Assembly: GCA_015489315.1 (NCBI GenBank)
Contig: WFZZ01000138.1
Coordinates: forward strand, 1-63,558
From: Deltaproteobacteria bacterium
GTDB lineage: Bacteria > Desulfobacterota > Dissulfuribacteria > Dissulfuribacterales > QOAL01
Reading direction: 5' to 3'
DNA length: 63,558 nt
The translations under genes were made by a program, and so were the position numbers. The notes under the pieces were generated by a model that searched no databases, was not told where the DNA came from, and worked only from the letters and a program-made list of their open reading frames with translations. Each line of letters begins with the position of its first letter. Position 1 is the stretch's first letter. Below are positions 26,399-36,774 of the stretch, one piece after another.

Positions 26399-26593
26399 AT
26401 GAAGGGAACAGTAAAATGGTTTAATGATCAAAAGGGCTTTGGTTTTATTTCACAGGACCAAGGGCCAGATGTCTTTGTCCATTATACAGCAATTCAAGGA
26501 GATGGTTTTAAGTCCCTTGAAGAGGGCCAGACTGTTGAGTTTGACATTACTGAAGGTCCAAAGGGCCCTCAGGCATCAAATGTAAGGGCATAA
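26399..26593 (+). CDS. cspA: cold-shock protein (CspA family)
   Basis: [17 protein letters not shown]...DVFVHYTAI carries the RNP1/RNP2 motifs. RBS AAGGAGG. The ORF-track start at 26342 lies upstream of the RBS. Confidence 0.92.
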   Translation: MKGTVKWFNDQKGFGFISQDQGPDVFVHYTAIQGDGFKSLEEGQTVEFDITEGPKGPQASNVRA

Positions 26594-26620
26594 GGCAATT
26601 AACACAAAGAAACATGTTGA

Positions 26621-26645
26621 GGCAGGTCAAAAGACCTGCCTTTTT
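26621..26645 (+). terminator. intrinsic terminator of csp
   Basis: GGCAGGTC-AAAA-GACCTGCC followed by TTTTT. Confidence 0.8.
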
Positions 26646-26665
26646 ATTTTAAAAAAGGAGATGAA

Positions 26666-26938
26666 ATGAAACTTTATATTGGAAATCTTGCCTATAATGT
26701 TCAGGAAGACGAAGTTAGAAAGATGCTTGAAGAATTTGGCCCCCTTGACTCTTTTGATTGGGTTACTGACAAATACACTGGAAAGTCCAGGGGTTTTTGT
26801 TTTGCAGAGATGAATAACTCAAATGCAGATACTGCCATTAAGGCCTTAAATGGTAAGGAATTTCATGGCCGCTTTTTAAAAATAAATGAAGCAAGGGCAA
26901 AAAAGGGAAGAAACAAAAGGCGGAGGCGTTCCTGGTAA
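26666..26938 (+). CDS. RRM-type RNA-binding protein
   Basis: KLYIGNLAY (RNP2) and RGFCFAEM (RNP1), with an Arg-rich tail. Confidence 0.85.
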   Translation: MKLYIGNLAYNVQEDEVRKMLEEFGPLDSFDWVTDKYTGKSRGFCFAEMNNSNADTAIKALNGKEFHGRFLKINEARAKKGRNKRRRRSW

Positions 26939-26976
26939 CTTTCATACTTCTCAAGAAATAAAATTCGATGTAAAAA

Positions 26977-27002
26977 GCCGCTAGATTAATAGCGGCTTTT
27001 TT
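26977..27002 (+). terminator. intrinsic terminator of the RRM gene
   Basis: GCCGCTA-GATTAA-TAGCGGC followed by TTTTTT. Confidence 0.75.
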
Positions 27003-27029
27003 GTTAGCAAATTCCACAAAAAATATTTT

Positions 27030-28058
27030 ATGATGAATTCATACAGAGGACCAAGATTTGTTCTTGGAATCGAGACATCCTGTGACGAGACCTGTGCAGC
27101 AGTCCTTTTAAACGGAAAGGACGTCTTAAGCAATATTGTCTCATCCCAAATAGAAGTTCATGCTGAATTTGGAGGAATTGTCCCTGAAATTGCTAGCAGA
27201 AAACACATAGAGGCCATTAACATTGTTGTAAAAAACGCACTTAAAGAGGCAAATGTTGATTTTAAACAGATCGACGCAGTTGCAGTTACCCAGGGCCCAG
27301 GGCTTGTTGGCTCACTGGTTGTTGGACTTTCCTATGCCAAGGCATGTGCATTTTCATCTGGGAAAAAGATTACCGGTGTAAATCATGTCCATGCACATCT
27401 TTTGGCACCTTTTCTGTCAAAAAAAGGGTTAACGTTCCCCTTTACTGGCCTTGTTGTTTCAGGGGGCCATACAAGCATCTACTATGTCTCAGACTATTTG
27501 TCATTTAAGCCCATTGGGAGAACTAGAGATGACGCTGCTGGTGAGGCATTTGATAAGGTCGCCAAAATACTCGGTCTGCCCTATCCAGGGGGGCCAGTAA
27601 TAAGCAGGCTTTCGATTGAAGGGGACAAAGACTCCTTTAAATTTCCAAGGGCCATGCTTCCTGATACTCCTTTTGACTTTAGCTTTAGTGGTCTTAAGAC
27701 AGCAGTCTTACAGACTGTTAAAAGACTTGAAAAAGAAAAGGCATCCATTCCTTTAAATGATATTTGTGCCTCTTTTCAGGAGGCAGTTGTTGAGGTCCTA
27801 GTAAAAAAGACAATAATGGCAGCTAAAGAATATGGCTGTAAAAATGTAGTCATTTCTGGAGGAGTATCTGCCAATAAAAGACTAAGGGAATTGATGGAAA
27901 AGACATGTGAGGCTGAAGGCTTGGAACTTTTTTGCCCTGATTTATCCTTTTGTACAGATAATGCTGCCATGGTGGCTCTTTGTGGATTTTATCAAATAAA
28001 AGAAGGAATACTTTTAGGGCCAGAGGCAGATGTATATTCAAGAATCATCTACTCCTAG
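27030..28058 (+). CDS. tsaD: tRNA N6-adenosine threonylcarbamoyltransferase
   Basis: LGIETSCDET, NHVHAHL, VSGGHT and GGVSAN motifs. Confidence 0.92.
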   Translation: MMNSYRGPRFVLGIETSCDETCAAVLLNGKDVLSNIVSSQIEVHAEFGGIVPEIASRKHIEAINIVVKNALKEANVDFKQIDAVAVTQGPGLVGSLVVGLSYAKACAFSSGKKITGVNHVHAHLLAPFLSKKGLTFPFTGLVVSGGHTSIYYVSDYLSFKPIGRTRDDAAGEAFDKVAKILGLPYPGGPVISRLSIEGDKDSFKFPRAMLPDTPFDFSFSGLKTAVLQTVKRLEKEKASIPLNDICASFQEAVVEVLVKKTIMAAKEYGCKNVVISGGVSANKRLRELMEKTCEAEGLELFCPDLSFCTDNAAMVALCGFYQIKEGILLGPEADVYSRIIYS

Positions 28059-28069
28059 CCCCCATAAGC

Positions 28070-30430
28070 TTATTGAAAAGATGAGACCTTGAAACGCCTC
28101 ATTATCTTTTCTACCTGTTTTGCCTTCTGACTCAATTCTTCCATGGAAGAAAGGGCAGATTCTGCACCCTTTGAATTTTGAATAGCGACCTTTGCCATGG
28201 TATCCATGAGTTTTTGAAGCTCACTGCTCCTTTCGCGCTGTTTTGTTGTCCTATTAGTAATTTCAGAAGAATTAAGGACAACCTTTTCAACCGTTTCAAC
28301 GGCTGTCCTTGTTGTTACTGTAGTCGTATTGGCAATAGAAGCAATTTCATCACTGATATCTTCAAGCTCACCTATGGCCTTTTCTGCAAGCATCCTTCTT
28401 TCTGCCTGTTTATTTGTCATATCCACAATTGATTTTGACTGAAGCTTAAGCCCCTCCATGGAGTCCAAAAGTTCTTGAATGGAGGACTTCTGTCTTCCAG
28501 TAACTCTTGCAATATCAATAGTAACCTTACTTGAATTTTCCACTGTGTTAAGAAGTTCGCCCAATGTCTTTTCACTTTCTGCCGCCAGTTTCAGACCCTT
28601 TTGAACACTTTCCGAACTCTCCTCAATAAGACTTTCGATTTCCTTTGTAGATTCACTTGTTCTATCTGCAAGTTTTCTAATTTCATCGGCAACAACCGCA
28701 AATCCTCGTCCATGCTCACCTGCCCTTGCTGCCTCAATTGCAGCATTAAGGGCCAAAAGGTTTGTCTGTTCAGCAATATCGGAGATAAGGTCGATAATTT
28801 CTCTCACCTGTTCAGAGCTTCTTGCTATTTCCTCCATACCCTTAACAGTTTCATTAATTGCTGCCTGTCCCTTTTGAGCACTTTCAAGGGTAACTTGTGC
28901 CTGTGTAGCCGCTCTATTAGCCTCATTGGCCATCTCCTCCAATTCAGCAGCCATCTTATTTAGAGCCTTGGCGGTCTTTTCAGCAGCCTCAGACTGTCTA
29001 ATTGCCCTTTCCTGGACTTTTTTAGCAGTCTCTCCCATTGCAGCAACGGTCTTGGCAACCTCCCTTGCCCCTTCTTTGTTCTCGCTTGAAACCTCTGTAA
29101 TCTTTGCATTGGTCCTGGCCATCTCTTCAATGACCTGGGCGGCCTCCTTTGCCAATTTGGCAGAAGACTCTGCATGAAATGCTACTTCTTGAGCAGTTTT
29201 ACCCATGAGAGCTACTCGATTTCTAACATCTTCTGCCCTTTTTGCCTGAAGAGAGGCGTTTTCTGTAATGGACTTTGCAATATCATAGACACCTGTACTT
29301 GATTTGCTAAATTCCATACTGGCTTTAATAACATCTCTGAAGGTATCTTGAAGACTTGAAAGAAATCGATTGACCGATTCCGCCATCTTACCAACTTCAT
29401 CCTTCCTATTTACTTCAAGCCTTGACGTAAGGTCCATATTTAGCGCTGTTTTATTTAAAAATTCTGCTGCCTGAACAATTGGGCCGGCAACGTCCCTATT
29501 AAGAAAATAGGCTAGAAGTAGAAGCATTAAAAATACTATTCCATTTGCTATTAAGGTTGGCTGCAAAAGTTTTTGTATTGAGGATGCAAAAAAATCTTCT
29601 GAGGCAAAGGATACTGCAACCCCTTTTTCGCCGCTTAGCTTAGTAAAAACCTTTAAAGGGCTCACTGACATTGCCATCTTGGCAGTCTTATCTTCAACAA
29701 CACCGTGACCAACTCCAAGCTTAAATGCGTTATCTCTAACCCATGAAGGTGCATTTTTCCCCAGTTCATTCAGGTTCTTGGAAAAGATGATTTTCCCTGC
29801 TTCATCTAAAAATATGACTTTTCCTGAAATTGTACTTATCTTTTTGAGCCACAGGCCCATGTGTGATACTAAAATTTCAGGCCTTATAGAGGCGATCAAA
29901 ACACCCTTTGTGCCATCCCTTGTGTTTATTGAACGAACAAGGAAATATTGTTTTGCCCCTGAAAGACCTTTTATGGTTTCAGGTCCAAGTATATAGGCCT
30001 CCTTTGAAAACCTTATTTGATTTTTGGGAAGAATCTTTCCTAGATATTTGGTTTTGTCTGCAGCAATAACTTTAAGATTTTCGTCAGCTACCAACAAAGA
30101 TGAATAATAGGGATATTTAGAAATCATATTTCTTAAAAGGCCATTGGCGCCTGAAAAACCATTTCCTTCCACAAGAGAAGTTTGAATAGGATTGAGATGT
30201 GCCAGGGTATTTACGTCATTTAATCTGTTTTGGAAAAAGGTATCAAAAGACTCTGAAAGCCCTGTATTGATAAGACCAAGCCTTTTTACTCCCTCATCTT
30301 TTAATATGTTGTTTATGGAAAGAAAATGGTACCCCTGGCTCAAAAGGGCCACAATGCCAGTAAAAATAATGAGCACCAAGACCTTATTTTGAAGTTTCAT
30401 ATCCTTGAAATTGCCTAATCGCCCAATCAT
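28070..30430 (-). CDS. methyl-accepting chemotaxis protein (Cache-like sensor, HAMP, MA domain)
   Basis: Two TMs flank a periplasmic region. Signalling hairpin [44 protein letters not shown]. Confidence 0.9.
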   Translation of the reverse strand: MIGRLGNFKDMKLQNKVLVLIIFTGIVALLSQGYHFLSINNILKDEGVKRLGLINTGLSESFDTFFQNRLNDVNTLAHLNPIQTSLVEGNGFSGANGLLRNMISKYPYYSSLLVADENLKVIAADKTKYLGKILPKNQIRFSKEAYILGPETIKGLSGAKQYFLVRSINTRDGTKGVLIASIRPEILVSHMGLWLKKISTISGKVIFLDEAGKIIFSKNLNELGKNAPSWVRDNAFKLGVGHGVVEDKTAKMAMSVSPLKVFTKLSGEKGVAVSFASEDFFASSIQKLLQPTLIANGIVFLMLLLLAYFLNRDVAGPIVQAAEFLNKTALNMDLTSRLEVNRKDEVGKMAESVNRFLSSLQDTFRDVIKASMEFSKSSTGVYDIAKSITENASLQAKRAEDVRNRVALMGKTAQEVAFHAESSAKLAKEAAQVIEEMARTNAKITEVSSENKEGAREVAKTVAAMGETAKKVQERAIRQSEAAEKTAKALNKMAAELEEMANEANRAATQAQVTLESAQKGQAAINETVKGMEEIARSSEQVREIIDLISDIAEQTNLLALNAAIEAARAGEHGRGFAVVADEIRKLADRTSESTKEIESLIEESSESVQKGLKLAAESEKTLGELLNTVENSSKVTIDIARVTGRQKSSIQELLDSMEGLKLQSKSIVDMTNKQAERRMLAEKAIGELEDISDEIASIANTTTVTTRTAVETVEKVVLNSSEITNRTTKQRERSSELQKLMDTMAKVAIQNSKGAESALSSMEELSQKAKQVEKIMRRFKVSSFQ

Positions 30431-30466
30431 TGGACTCCTCCTATTTTAATTATGTTCTTTTAAAAA

Positions 30467-30904
30467 TCATTTTAAAAATTCCAGTACTAACCTGGCATCA
30501 ATTAATGGAACCTGGCCATGATTACTTACATAAACGTAGCAAATAGAATTATCGTTGCCCTCCCCAAGATCATAAGCTTCTATGTCTTCCATAGATCTAA
30601 CTCCATCGGTCCTCAAACCTATTACTTCTTTTCCGGATCTCAAAAGTATAACAGTTCCCTTAAGATCTCCTGAAGATGTCTGATCTTTTGTTTTTCCAGG
30701 CCACTTATCGACAACAGGTATTACTTCACCTCTCACATTGATTACGCCAAAGACTCCTTCTTTTGAGTTAGGAAGGGGGATAATTTTCGATGTTCTGACA
30801 ACCTCTTTGACTTTGTTTAACTCACATGCCCAAAGCCTATTATTTGAAGAAAATACTAGGGCCTTTCCAAGGCTGACAGGACCTTCATCCTTTTGAAGAG
30901 ACAA
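30467..30904 (-). CDS. cheW: chemotaxis coupling protein CheW
   Basis: VFGVINVRGEVIPVVD and overall CheW-like length. TTG start with AAGGAGG 7 nt upstream. Confidence 0.85.
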   Translation of the reverse strand: MSLQKDEGPVSLGKALVFSSNNRLWACELNKVKEVVRTSKIIPLPNSKEGVFGVINVRGEVIPVVDKWPGKTKDQTSSGDLKGTVILLRSGKEVIGLRTDGVRSMEDIEAYDLGEGNDNSICYVYVSNHGQVPLIDARLVLEFLK

Positions 30905-30979
30905 TTTTAGCCTCCTTATAACTCTTCTCTTTTTCTTTTCGGAAAAAAAGGCTGAGACTTAAAGAAGAATATAATTTAG

Positions 30980-31552
30980 TTAATGATTCTTAGTTGGACC
31001 GTTCAGATAAAAACCTTTTAATCTTGAATATATTGGCCCGGTCTGAGTCAAAACACTTTTCATGAGACTTACTTCGTTAACCTGAAAACTTGCAGGCGGG
31101 ACCTTTGTATTTAAAAATGTATCCAAATCCCTCAAATTTGAAATGCTTTTTACCCTTGCAACAGTTATATGAGGAACAAAAGACCTTTCTTCCCTTTTAA
31201 AGCCAAGTTGTTGAAGGCCGTCTTCTATCCCTCTTTGAAGATTTCCGAGCTCCTTGACCTCTCCTTTAACCCCAAGCCATAAAACCCTTGGTCTAACCCT
31301 ATTGGGAAAGACTCCAGCTTTAGAAAGGGATAGGGTAAACGGCGGAAAATTGGAAACTATCGTATTCAGGGTATCAGCCATTGGCTCTATTAAGGATTCA
31401 TCCACATCCCCTAAAAACTTCAGGGTTATATGGCAATTATTTACACTTACCCACTTTATTCTCCCTCTAACTCCCTGCCATAGGGATTTGGAAGAGCTTA
31501 GAAAATCTTTGACTTCATTGGAGAGGTTTATAGCCAGGAAGCAACGTATCAT
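30980..31552 (-). CDS. thpR: RNA 2',3'-cyclic phosphodiesterase (2H family, LigT/ThpR)
   Basis: Two HxT motifs: CHITLKF and PHITVAR. Confidence 0.85.
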   Translation of the reverse strand: MIRCFLAINLSNEVKDFLSSSKSLWQGVRGRIKWVSVNNCHITLKFLGDVDESLIEPMADTLNTIVSNFPPFTLSLSKAGVFPNRVRPRVLWLGVKGEVKELGNLQRGIEDGLQQLGFKREERSFVPHITVARVKSISNLRDLDTFLNTKVPPASFQVNEVSLMKSVLTQTGPIYSRLKGFYLNGPTKNH

Positions 31553-32789
31553 AAAGGAGTATCCTCCTTATCCAATCAAGGGCTGTTTCAACCGTTAATC
31601 TTCTGACTTCATTTCTTGAACCTGGAAACAAAAACCTATGGACAAGCTCCCTGTCCTTTACCATGACTGCGATATAGATTGTGCCAACTGGCTTGTCCTT
31701 GGTTCCTCCTGTAGGCCCGGCTATGCCTGTAATTGCAATATTCACATCTGTGCCCGTAAGCCTTCTAACACCCCTTACCATTTCAAGGGCAGTCTCCTTG
31801 CTGACAGCCCCATACTGCAAAAGGGTTTCATGCCTTACCCCAAGGTTTTGTTCCTTTGCCCTGTTTGTATAGGTGACAATGGATCGGTCAAACCAGTTTG
31901 AGCTACCTGAAACACCTGTGACAGTTGCCCCTAAAAGCCCTCCCGTACATGATTCTGCACTTGAAAGGACAAGATTTCTTTCCATCATTATCTGTCCAAG
32001 TGTCTCTTCAAGGCTCCCCTCATCTCCAACGGCAACAATATCCTTTTCAAATTCTGATTTAATCACTGAAGAGGCCTTGAGAATCAGTTCATCAACCCTT
32101 TCCTGTGATGTTGAACTAGCCGTAACACTTATGTGGACTTCCGGGAAGACGGGATAATAGCCTATTTTTACTTCACTGTGCTCTTTTTCTATATTCTTAA
32201 GCCTGACATTAACCTCTGTTTCGGTAGGGCCAAAAAGTTTAAAGAGTCTTTGAGCCACAAAGGGGCGTTCCTTGTCTAGCTTGTTAAGCCTTGGAATCAC
32301 CCTTTTTACCATGTGATCCTTTAATTGTTCTGGAACACCAGGCAAAAAGAAAAGGTAAACTCCGTTATAATCAAGCTCATAACCAGCTGCGTGTCCCTGG
32401 GGGTTAAGGACCCTGGCACCCTTTGGAAGCATGGTGAGTTTCTTCATAAACTGTTTAAGGGCGCCTTTGTCCAGATGTGCCTCCATCTCTTCTATCTGCT
32501 GCTGAACTAGATGATTTTTTTCAAGAGGCAGCCCAAGGGCCTTTGATACTGCTTCATTGGTTATGTCATCGGTTGTAGGTCCAAGGCCTCCTGATATTAT
32601 GACAAACTGACTATTTTTTAATGCCGAGAGTAAGGCCTTTTTTATTTCATTGGTATCATCCCCTACAACAGTTATTCTTTTTAAAAAATGGCCATTTATA
32701 AAGAGTCTTGAGGCAACAAAGCTACTTGTGGTGTTTATTACCCTTCCACTAAGAAGTTCATCTCCAATGGCAAGAATCTCTCCAATCAT
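31515..32789 (-). CDS. cinA: CinA-family protein (MoCF-binding N-domain plus PncC-type nicotinamide-nucleotide amidase C-domain)
   Basis: MIGEILAIGDELLSGRVINT, GGLGPTTDD and ESCTGG. Confidence 0.9.
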   Translation of the reverse strand: MIGEILAIGDELLSGRVINTTSSFVASRLFINGHFLKRITVVGDDTNEIKKALLSALKNSQFVIISGGLGPTTDDITNEAVSKALGLPLEKNHLVQQQIEEMEAHLDKGALKQFMKKLTMLPKGARVLNPQGHAAGYELDYNGVYLFFLPGVPEQLKDHMVKRVIPRLNKLDKERPFVAQRLFKLFGPTETEVNVRLKNIEKEHSEVKIGYYPVFPEVHISVTASSTSQERVDELILKASSVIKSEFEKDIVAVGDEGSLEETLGQIMMERNLVLSSAESCTGGLLGATVTGVSGSSNWFDRSIVTYTNRAKEQNLGVRHETLLQYGAVSKETALEMVRGVRRLTGTDVNIAITGIAGPTGGTKDKPVGTIYIAVMVKDRELVHRFLFPGSRNEVRRLTVETALDWIRRILLYDTLLPGYKPLQ

Positions 32790-33253
32790 GACAGAAACAG
32801 ACTCCCAAAACGGAATAGAAGATTGACAATTACCCCGGCCATAACATCATCCATCATGATGCCGGCCCCTCTTTTAAAAATTGTCTCCATTTGTTTTACA
32901 GGAAAAGGTTTGTAAATGTCAAATGCCCTAAAAAGTAAAAACTGTATCAAAACACTAGAAAAAGAAATTGGAATCAGCCAAAGGGATATGGCCATACCCG
33001 CAATTTCATCTATAACTACTATTTGTGGGTCTTTGCCTCCAAGTCTTTCTTCCACCCTTGTAGATACATAGCACCCTAAAAGAACCAGGAAAATTAGAAA
33101 AAAAAGCCCCAATATCAAAGGCAAAAAATTGACCAAAAGACCTATTAATATTCCCAAAAGGGCACCTGCTGTCCCTGGAGCCTTTGGCACATACCCTAGG
33201 CCAAGGCCCGTTGCAATTAAAAAGGAAATTTTTTCCCTAAAGGTCTTTTTCAT
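32786..33253 (-). CDS. pgpA: phosphatidylglycerophosphatase A
   Basis: GLGYVPKAPGTAG, VIDEIAG and FRAFDIYKPFP. Confidence 0.88.
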   Translation of the reverse strand: MKKTFREKISFLIATGLGLGYVPKAPGTAGALLGILIGLLVNFLPLILGLFFLIFLVLLGCYVSTRVEERLGGKDPQIVVIDEIAGMAISLWLIPISFSSVLIQFLLFRAFDIYKPFPVKQMETIFKRGAGIMMDDVMAGVIVNLLFRFGSLFLS

Positions 33254-33260
33254 TTAGGCC

Positions 33261-34418
33261 CTATCCCTTCCATCTATAGGCCTCGTTAAAGACTGTCCTA
33301 ATTGAAAGTCCCATTTCTTTTGCTATCCTTTTACAACATTCAAATTCAGGGACTACTTCAACATTTCCATCAGGTCTTTTTATCTCCTTGGCTTTGATTT
33401 TGCCCCATATTGTTTCAACTTCCACAATTTTTCGCTCAAGAATACTCCTTTTTGCCTCAAATATTCTAAGCCCAATCGTAGAGGTTTTGGAAAGAAAAAG
33501 GGATTCTATCATGGGCCTTTTTTTCTCTTCACAAAGACAGACAAGTTCAAAGCCAGGTCTATTTTTTTTCATTACTATCTGGCTTATCCAGCAATCTATG
33601 ACTCCATTTTCAAGAAAAAGCTCAAATAAGGCACCCATATCTTCTGGTGTCATATCATCAATAACGGCCCTTAACTCCAAAATGGAATCTTTTCTTTTAT
33701 AAGGGGCATCAAAAAGGATGATTCTTAAAAGATTGGGTGTGTCCTTAATATCCCTTTTCCCTGCACCATATCCGCATCTTGAAAGAATAAGATCTCCTGG
33801 CCTTCCCCATTCATGGGCAATAGAGACACAAAGTGCAGCACCGGTGGGGGTTACAAGCTCTGATTCTCCATCCTTAAAATAAACAGGCTTTTCTCTTAAA
33901 ATCTCAAGGACTGCCGGGGCAGGAAGAGGAAGTCTGCCATGATCACACCTTACAAATCCGCGGGATAAAGGCAGTGGAGAACATATAATCCTTTCTACCT
34001 TTAAAGAATTTAAAGCCAAAAAGGTACCTGTAATATCAAGAATCGCATCATCTGCCCCAACTTCATGAAAATGAACTTCATCTGGTGTGATTCCATGCAC
34101 CCTTGCCTCTGCATTTGCCAAAAGATTAAAACACCTTAAAGCCCCTTTTATAACCTTTTCAGGAAGTTGGGAGCAATTGATCAAATTAATTATATCAGAT
34201 AGATTCCTTCTTACGCCTTTTTTTGGTGACTCGATAGTCACTCTTCTGGCACTTATGCTGTGACGCCTTTCCTGACAGATGGTTATTTTTATATCCTTAA
34301 GGCCAAGGACCTCAGGAAGGGATAAAAGCTCACCTTCGTCCCAACCTAAGTCCAAAAAAGCCCCTAATAACATGTCTCCGCTAATTCCTGAAAAACAATC
34401 TAAAAATGCACATTTCAT
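33261..34418 (-). CDS. larC: nickel-pincer cofactor biosynthesis protein LarC (DUF111)
   Basis: MKCAFLDCFSGISGDMLLGAFLDLG and FHEVGADDAI. Start trimmed to ATG 34418. The ORF-track extension overlaps the upstream gene. Confidence 0.85.
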   Translation of the reverse strand: MKCAFLDCFSGISGDMLLGAFLDLGWDEGELLSLPEVLGLKDIKITICQERRHSISARRVTIESPKKGVRRNLSDIINLINCSQLPEKVIKGALRCFNLLANAEARVHGITPDEVHFHEVGADDAILDITGTFLALNSLKVERIICSPLPLSRGFVRCDHGRLPLPAPAVLEILREKPVYFKDGESELVTPTGAALCVSIAHEWGRPGDLILSRCGYGAGKRDIKDTPNLLRIILFDAPYKRKDSILELRAVIDDMTPEDMGALFELFLENGVIDCWISQIVMKKNRPGFELVCLCEEKKRPMIESLFLSKTSTIGLRIFEAKRSILERKIVEVETIWGKIKAKEIKRPDGNVEVVPEFECCKRIAKEMGLSIRTVFNEAYRWKG

Positions 34419-34432
34419 AATAAAAGAAAGGC

Positions 34433-35131
34433 TCAGTTTTCTCTGGTTTTTTCCTCTACCCAGGAATAAATCCTCTCCCTGAAAAGCCACGCAGGGCCTG
34501 CCACCAAAATGGTAATTAAAACTATTGCCATCACTCCCACCCAATTCCCATTATAGATGTCAGCCCCCTGAAAGCTCAACATCAATGTTCCAGGAATCCT
34601 TCCGATGGTTGAAATAAATACAAACACCTGCCAGGGCATGCGGCTCAGCCCAAGGAAATAACATAAAAAGTCCTTTGGAAACCCAGGAAATACGTACAGA
34701 AAGAAACACAAAAAAAGTCCCTGGTGTTCTAAAAGCCCCTCAAATTTCCAGTATAGCTCTGATTTTTTTAGCCAGGGTTCAATAAAACGCCTGAAACGCC
34801 TTGCAATATAAAAGGCCAAAAAGGAGCCAAGACTAAGACCAATGGTGGAATATATGAGCCCCAGCCACCTTCCAAAGATAAAACCTCCAACTATTCCTGT
34901 TGCCTCCCCTGGAATAGGTGAAAGAACAACCTGTAAGACCTGAAGAAATATGAACCCAAGAGGGCCAAAGGGCCCCAAAGATAGAACAAAGCCTCTGATT
35001 GCCTCCTTTTTTTCAAGGATATTCAATAAAAACTCGATAGTCTGATACAAAAAGGGCCTGAATAAAAAAGATAGAAACCCTAGAACGAAAAGGGCGATAA
35101 GAGCAATGGCGACAACATATTTCTTTTGCAT
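34433..35131 (-). CDS. TVP38/TMEM64 (DedA-related) family membrane protein
   Basis: Multi-TM protein with LSPIPGEATGIVGGFIFG and GRIPGT motifs. Confidence 0.75.
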   Translation of the reverse strand: MQKKYVVAIALIALFVLGFLSFLFRPFLYQTIEFLLNILEKKEAIRGFVLSLGPFGPLGFIFLQVLQVVLSPIPGEATGIVGGFIFGRWLGLIYSTIGLSLGSFLAFYIARRFRRFIEPWLKKSELYWKFEGLLEHQGLFLCFFLYVFPGFPKDFLCYFLGLSRMPWQVFVFISTIGRIPGTLMLSFQGADIYNGNWVGVMAIVLITILVAGPAWLFRERIYSWVEEKTREN

Positions 35132-35139
35132 TTAATAAA

Positions 35140-36774
35140 CTAGACCCTTTCCAGGGTGTCTCTTTGAAGGATGGTATCGCGGCGCCAATTCCAATCATCC
35201 TTTTGGGGGAAATCCTGATTGAAATGTCCTCCTCTGCTCTCTTTTCTGAAGGAGGCAGCCTTTATAATCAACTGGGCCGTAAGGGCAATATTTCTTAGTT
35301 CCAAAAAATCTCTTGTAATAATATAATCCCAGTAATGTTGATTTATTTCCTCCAAAATGGGCTTAAGCCTCTGCTCGGCAAGCATAAGCCTTTTTGAGCT
35401 TCTTACTATTCCAACATAGTTCCACATAAGCCTTCTAATCACATCCCAGTTATGGGATATAAGAACCGCTTCATCCATATCCACGGCACCACCTGTATCC
35501 CAGGGTGGAATAGATACCTTTTCACTGGCTTCAAGTTGAGATTTTATTGAAATGGCCTTTTGAGCTGCCTGATGGGCCATAACAAGGCCCTCTAAAAGAG
35601 AGTTTGATGCCAGCCTATTGGCACCATGAAATCCTGTACAGGCCGTCTCTCCTACTGCAAAAAGGCCGCGGATATCTGTCTGGCCGAAACTATCTGTCAC
35701 TATCCCACCACACATATAGTGGGCTGCTGGAACAACCGGAATGGGTTCCTTTGTTATATCAAAGCCAAAGCGGAAGCAGTTTTCATAGATATTTGGAAAC
35801 CTTTTAATTATAAAATCCTTAGGTCTATAGCTTATATCGAGATAGACACATTCTTTTCCAGTACGTTTTAGCTCGCTGTCTATGGCCCTTGCCACCACAT
35901 CTCTATTTGCAAGTTCCTTATTTACAGGGTCATATTTTTCCATGAAAGGCTTTCCTGAAGGATCGAGGAGCCTTGCACCTTCTCCCCTTAAGGCCTCGGA
36001 TATTAGGAAATTTTTTGCCTTACTATGGTAAAGACAAGTTGGGTGAAACTGAACAAATTCGAGGTTTGCAACCCTGGCTCCTGCCCTAAACGCTATAGCT
36101 ATGCCATCTCCTGTAGCAACATCAGGATTGCTCGTATAGAGATATACCTTTCCAGCTCCACCTGTGCAAAGGAAGGTCAATGTAGATAAAACGGCATGTA
36201 TCTTTCCAGTCTTTGCGTCAAGGCAGTATGCGCCAAGGCATCTGTCACTACACCTGGAAGAACTTTTTTCGCCCCTTTTAAGGGCGCTGATCTTACACGT
36301 GGTAAGGCAATCGACAACTATAAAGTCCTCAAGTATTTCAATATTCTTATGTTCAAGTACCCTGTCAATAAGACATCTTATAATCTCTTTTCCAGTAAAA
36401 TCTCCTGAATGAAGGATCCTTCTCCTACTGTGCCCACCTTCACGTCCAAGATCATAAAACCCAGTAGAAGGATTTTTTGTGAAATTAACCCCAAATTTTT
36501 CAAGCTCCTTGATGCACTCTGGAGCCTTTCTGACAATTAACCTCACTATGTCTTCATGGCACAACCCTTCTCCTGCCCTTATGGTATCGTATTCATGGAG
36601 GACAAAATCATCATTAGAATCGATAACACATGCTATTCCTCCCTGGGCAAGTCTAGTGGCAGAATCCTCCTTGGATTTTTTTGTAACAATTATTACCGAG
36701 CCATGATCTGCAAGCTTTAGGGCCAAAATTAGGCCAGATATACCACTTCCAACAATAAGAAAGTCGGTTTGCAT
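35140..36774 (-). CDS. nadB: L-aspartate oxidase
   Basis: DFLIVGSGISGL FAD motif, LAQGGIA, FHPT and RGGHF. The start shares 1 nt with the thyX stop. Confidence 0.92.
   Translation of the reverse strand: MQTDFLIVGSGISGLILALKLADHGSVIIVTKKSKEDSATRLAQGGIACVIDSNDDFVLHEYDTIRAGEGLCHEDIVRLIVRKAPECIKELEKFGVNFTKNPSTGFYDLGREGGHSRRRILHSGDFTGKEIIRCLIDRVLEHKNIEILEDFIVVDCLTTCKISALKRGEKSSSRCSDRCLGAYCLDAKTGKIHAVLSTLTFLCTGGAGKVYLYTSNPDVATGDGIAIAFRAGARVANLEFVQFHPTCLYHSKAKNFLISEALRGEGARLLDPSGKPFMEKYDPVNKELANRDVVARAIDSELKRTGKECVYLDISYRPKDFIIKRFPNIYENCFRFGFDITKEPIPVVPAAHYMCGGIVTDSFGQTDIRGLFAVGETACTGFHGANRLASNSLLEGLVMAHQAAQKAISIKSQLEASEKVSIPPWDTGGAVDMDEAVLISHNWDVIRRLMWNYVGIVRSSKRLMLAEQRLKPILEEINQHYWDYIITRDFLELRNIALTAQLIIKAASFRKESRGGHFNQDFPQKDDWNWRRDTILQRDTLERV

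Noticed and set aside
28178-29400. Several 60-120-aa ORFs on both strands inside the MCP gene (for example 28601-28963 +, 28926-29177 +, 28960-29175 -).
   Set aside because: They lie within the Ala/Glu/Lys-rich coiled-coil coding region of a clearly conserved MCP. Such repetitive low-complexity coding sequence keeps alternative frames open. They have no RBSs or recognisable products.
31515-31552. 38-nt overlap between the cinA 3' end and the thpR 5' end, considered as a possible frameshift or fusion.
   Set aside because: The thpR start (MIRCFLAINL) is family-typical, and cinA reads through to its own stop in a different frame. This is an ordinary overlap.
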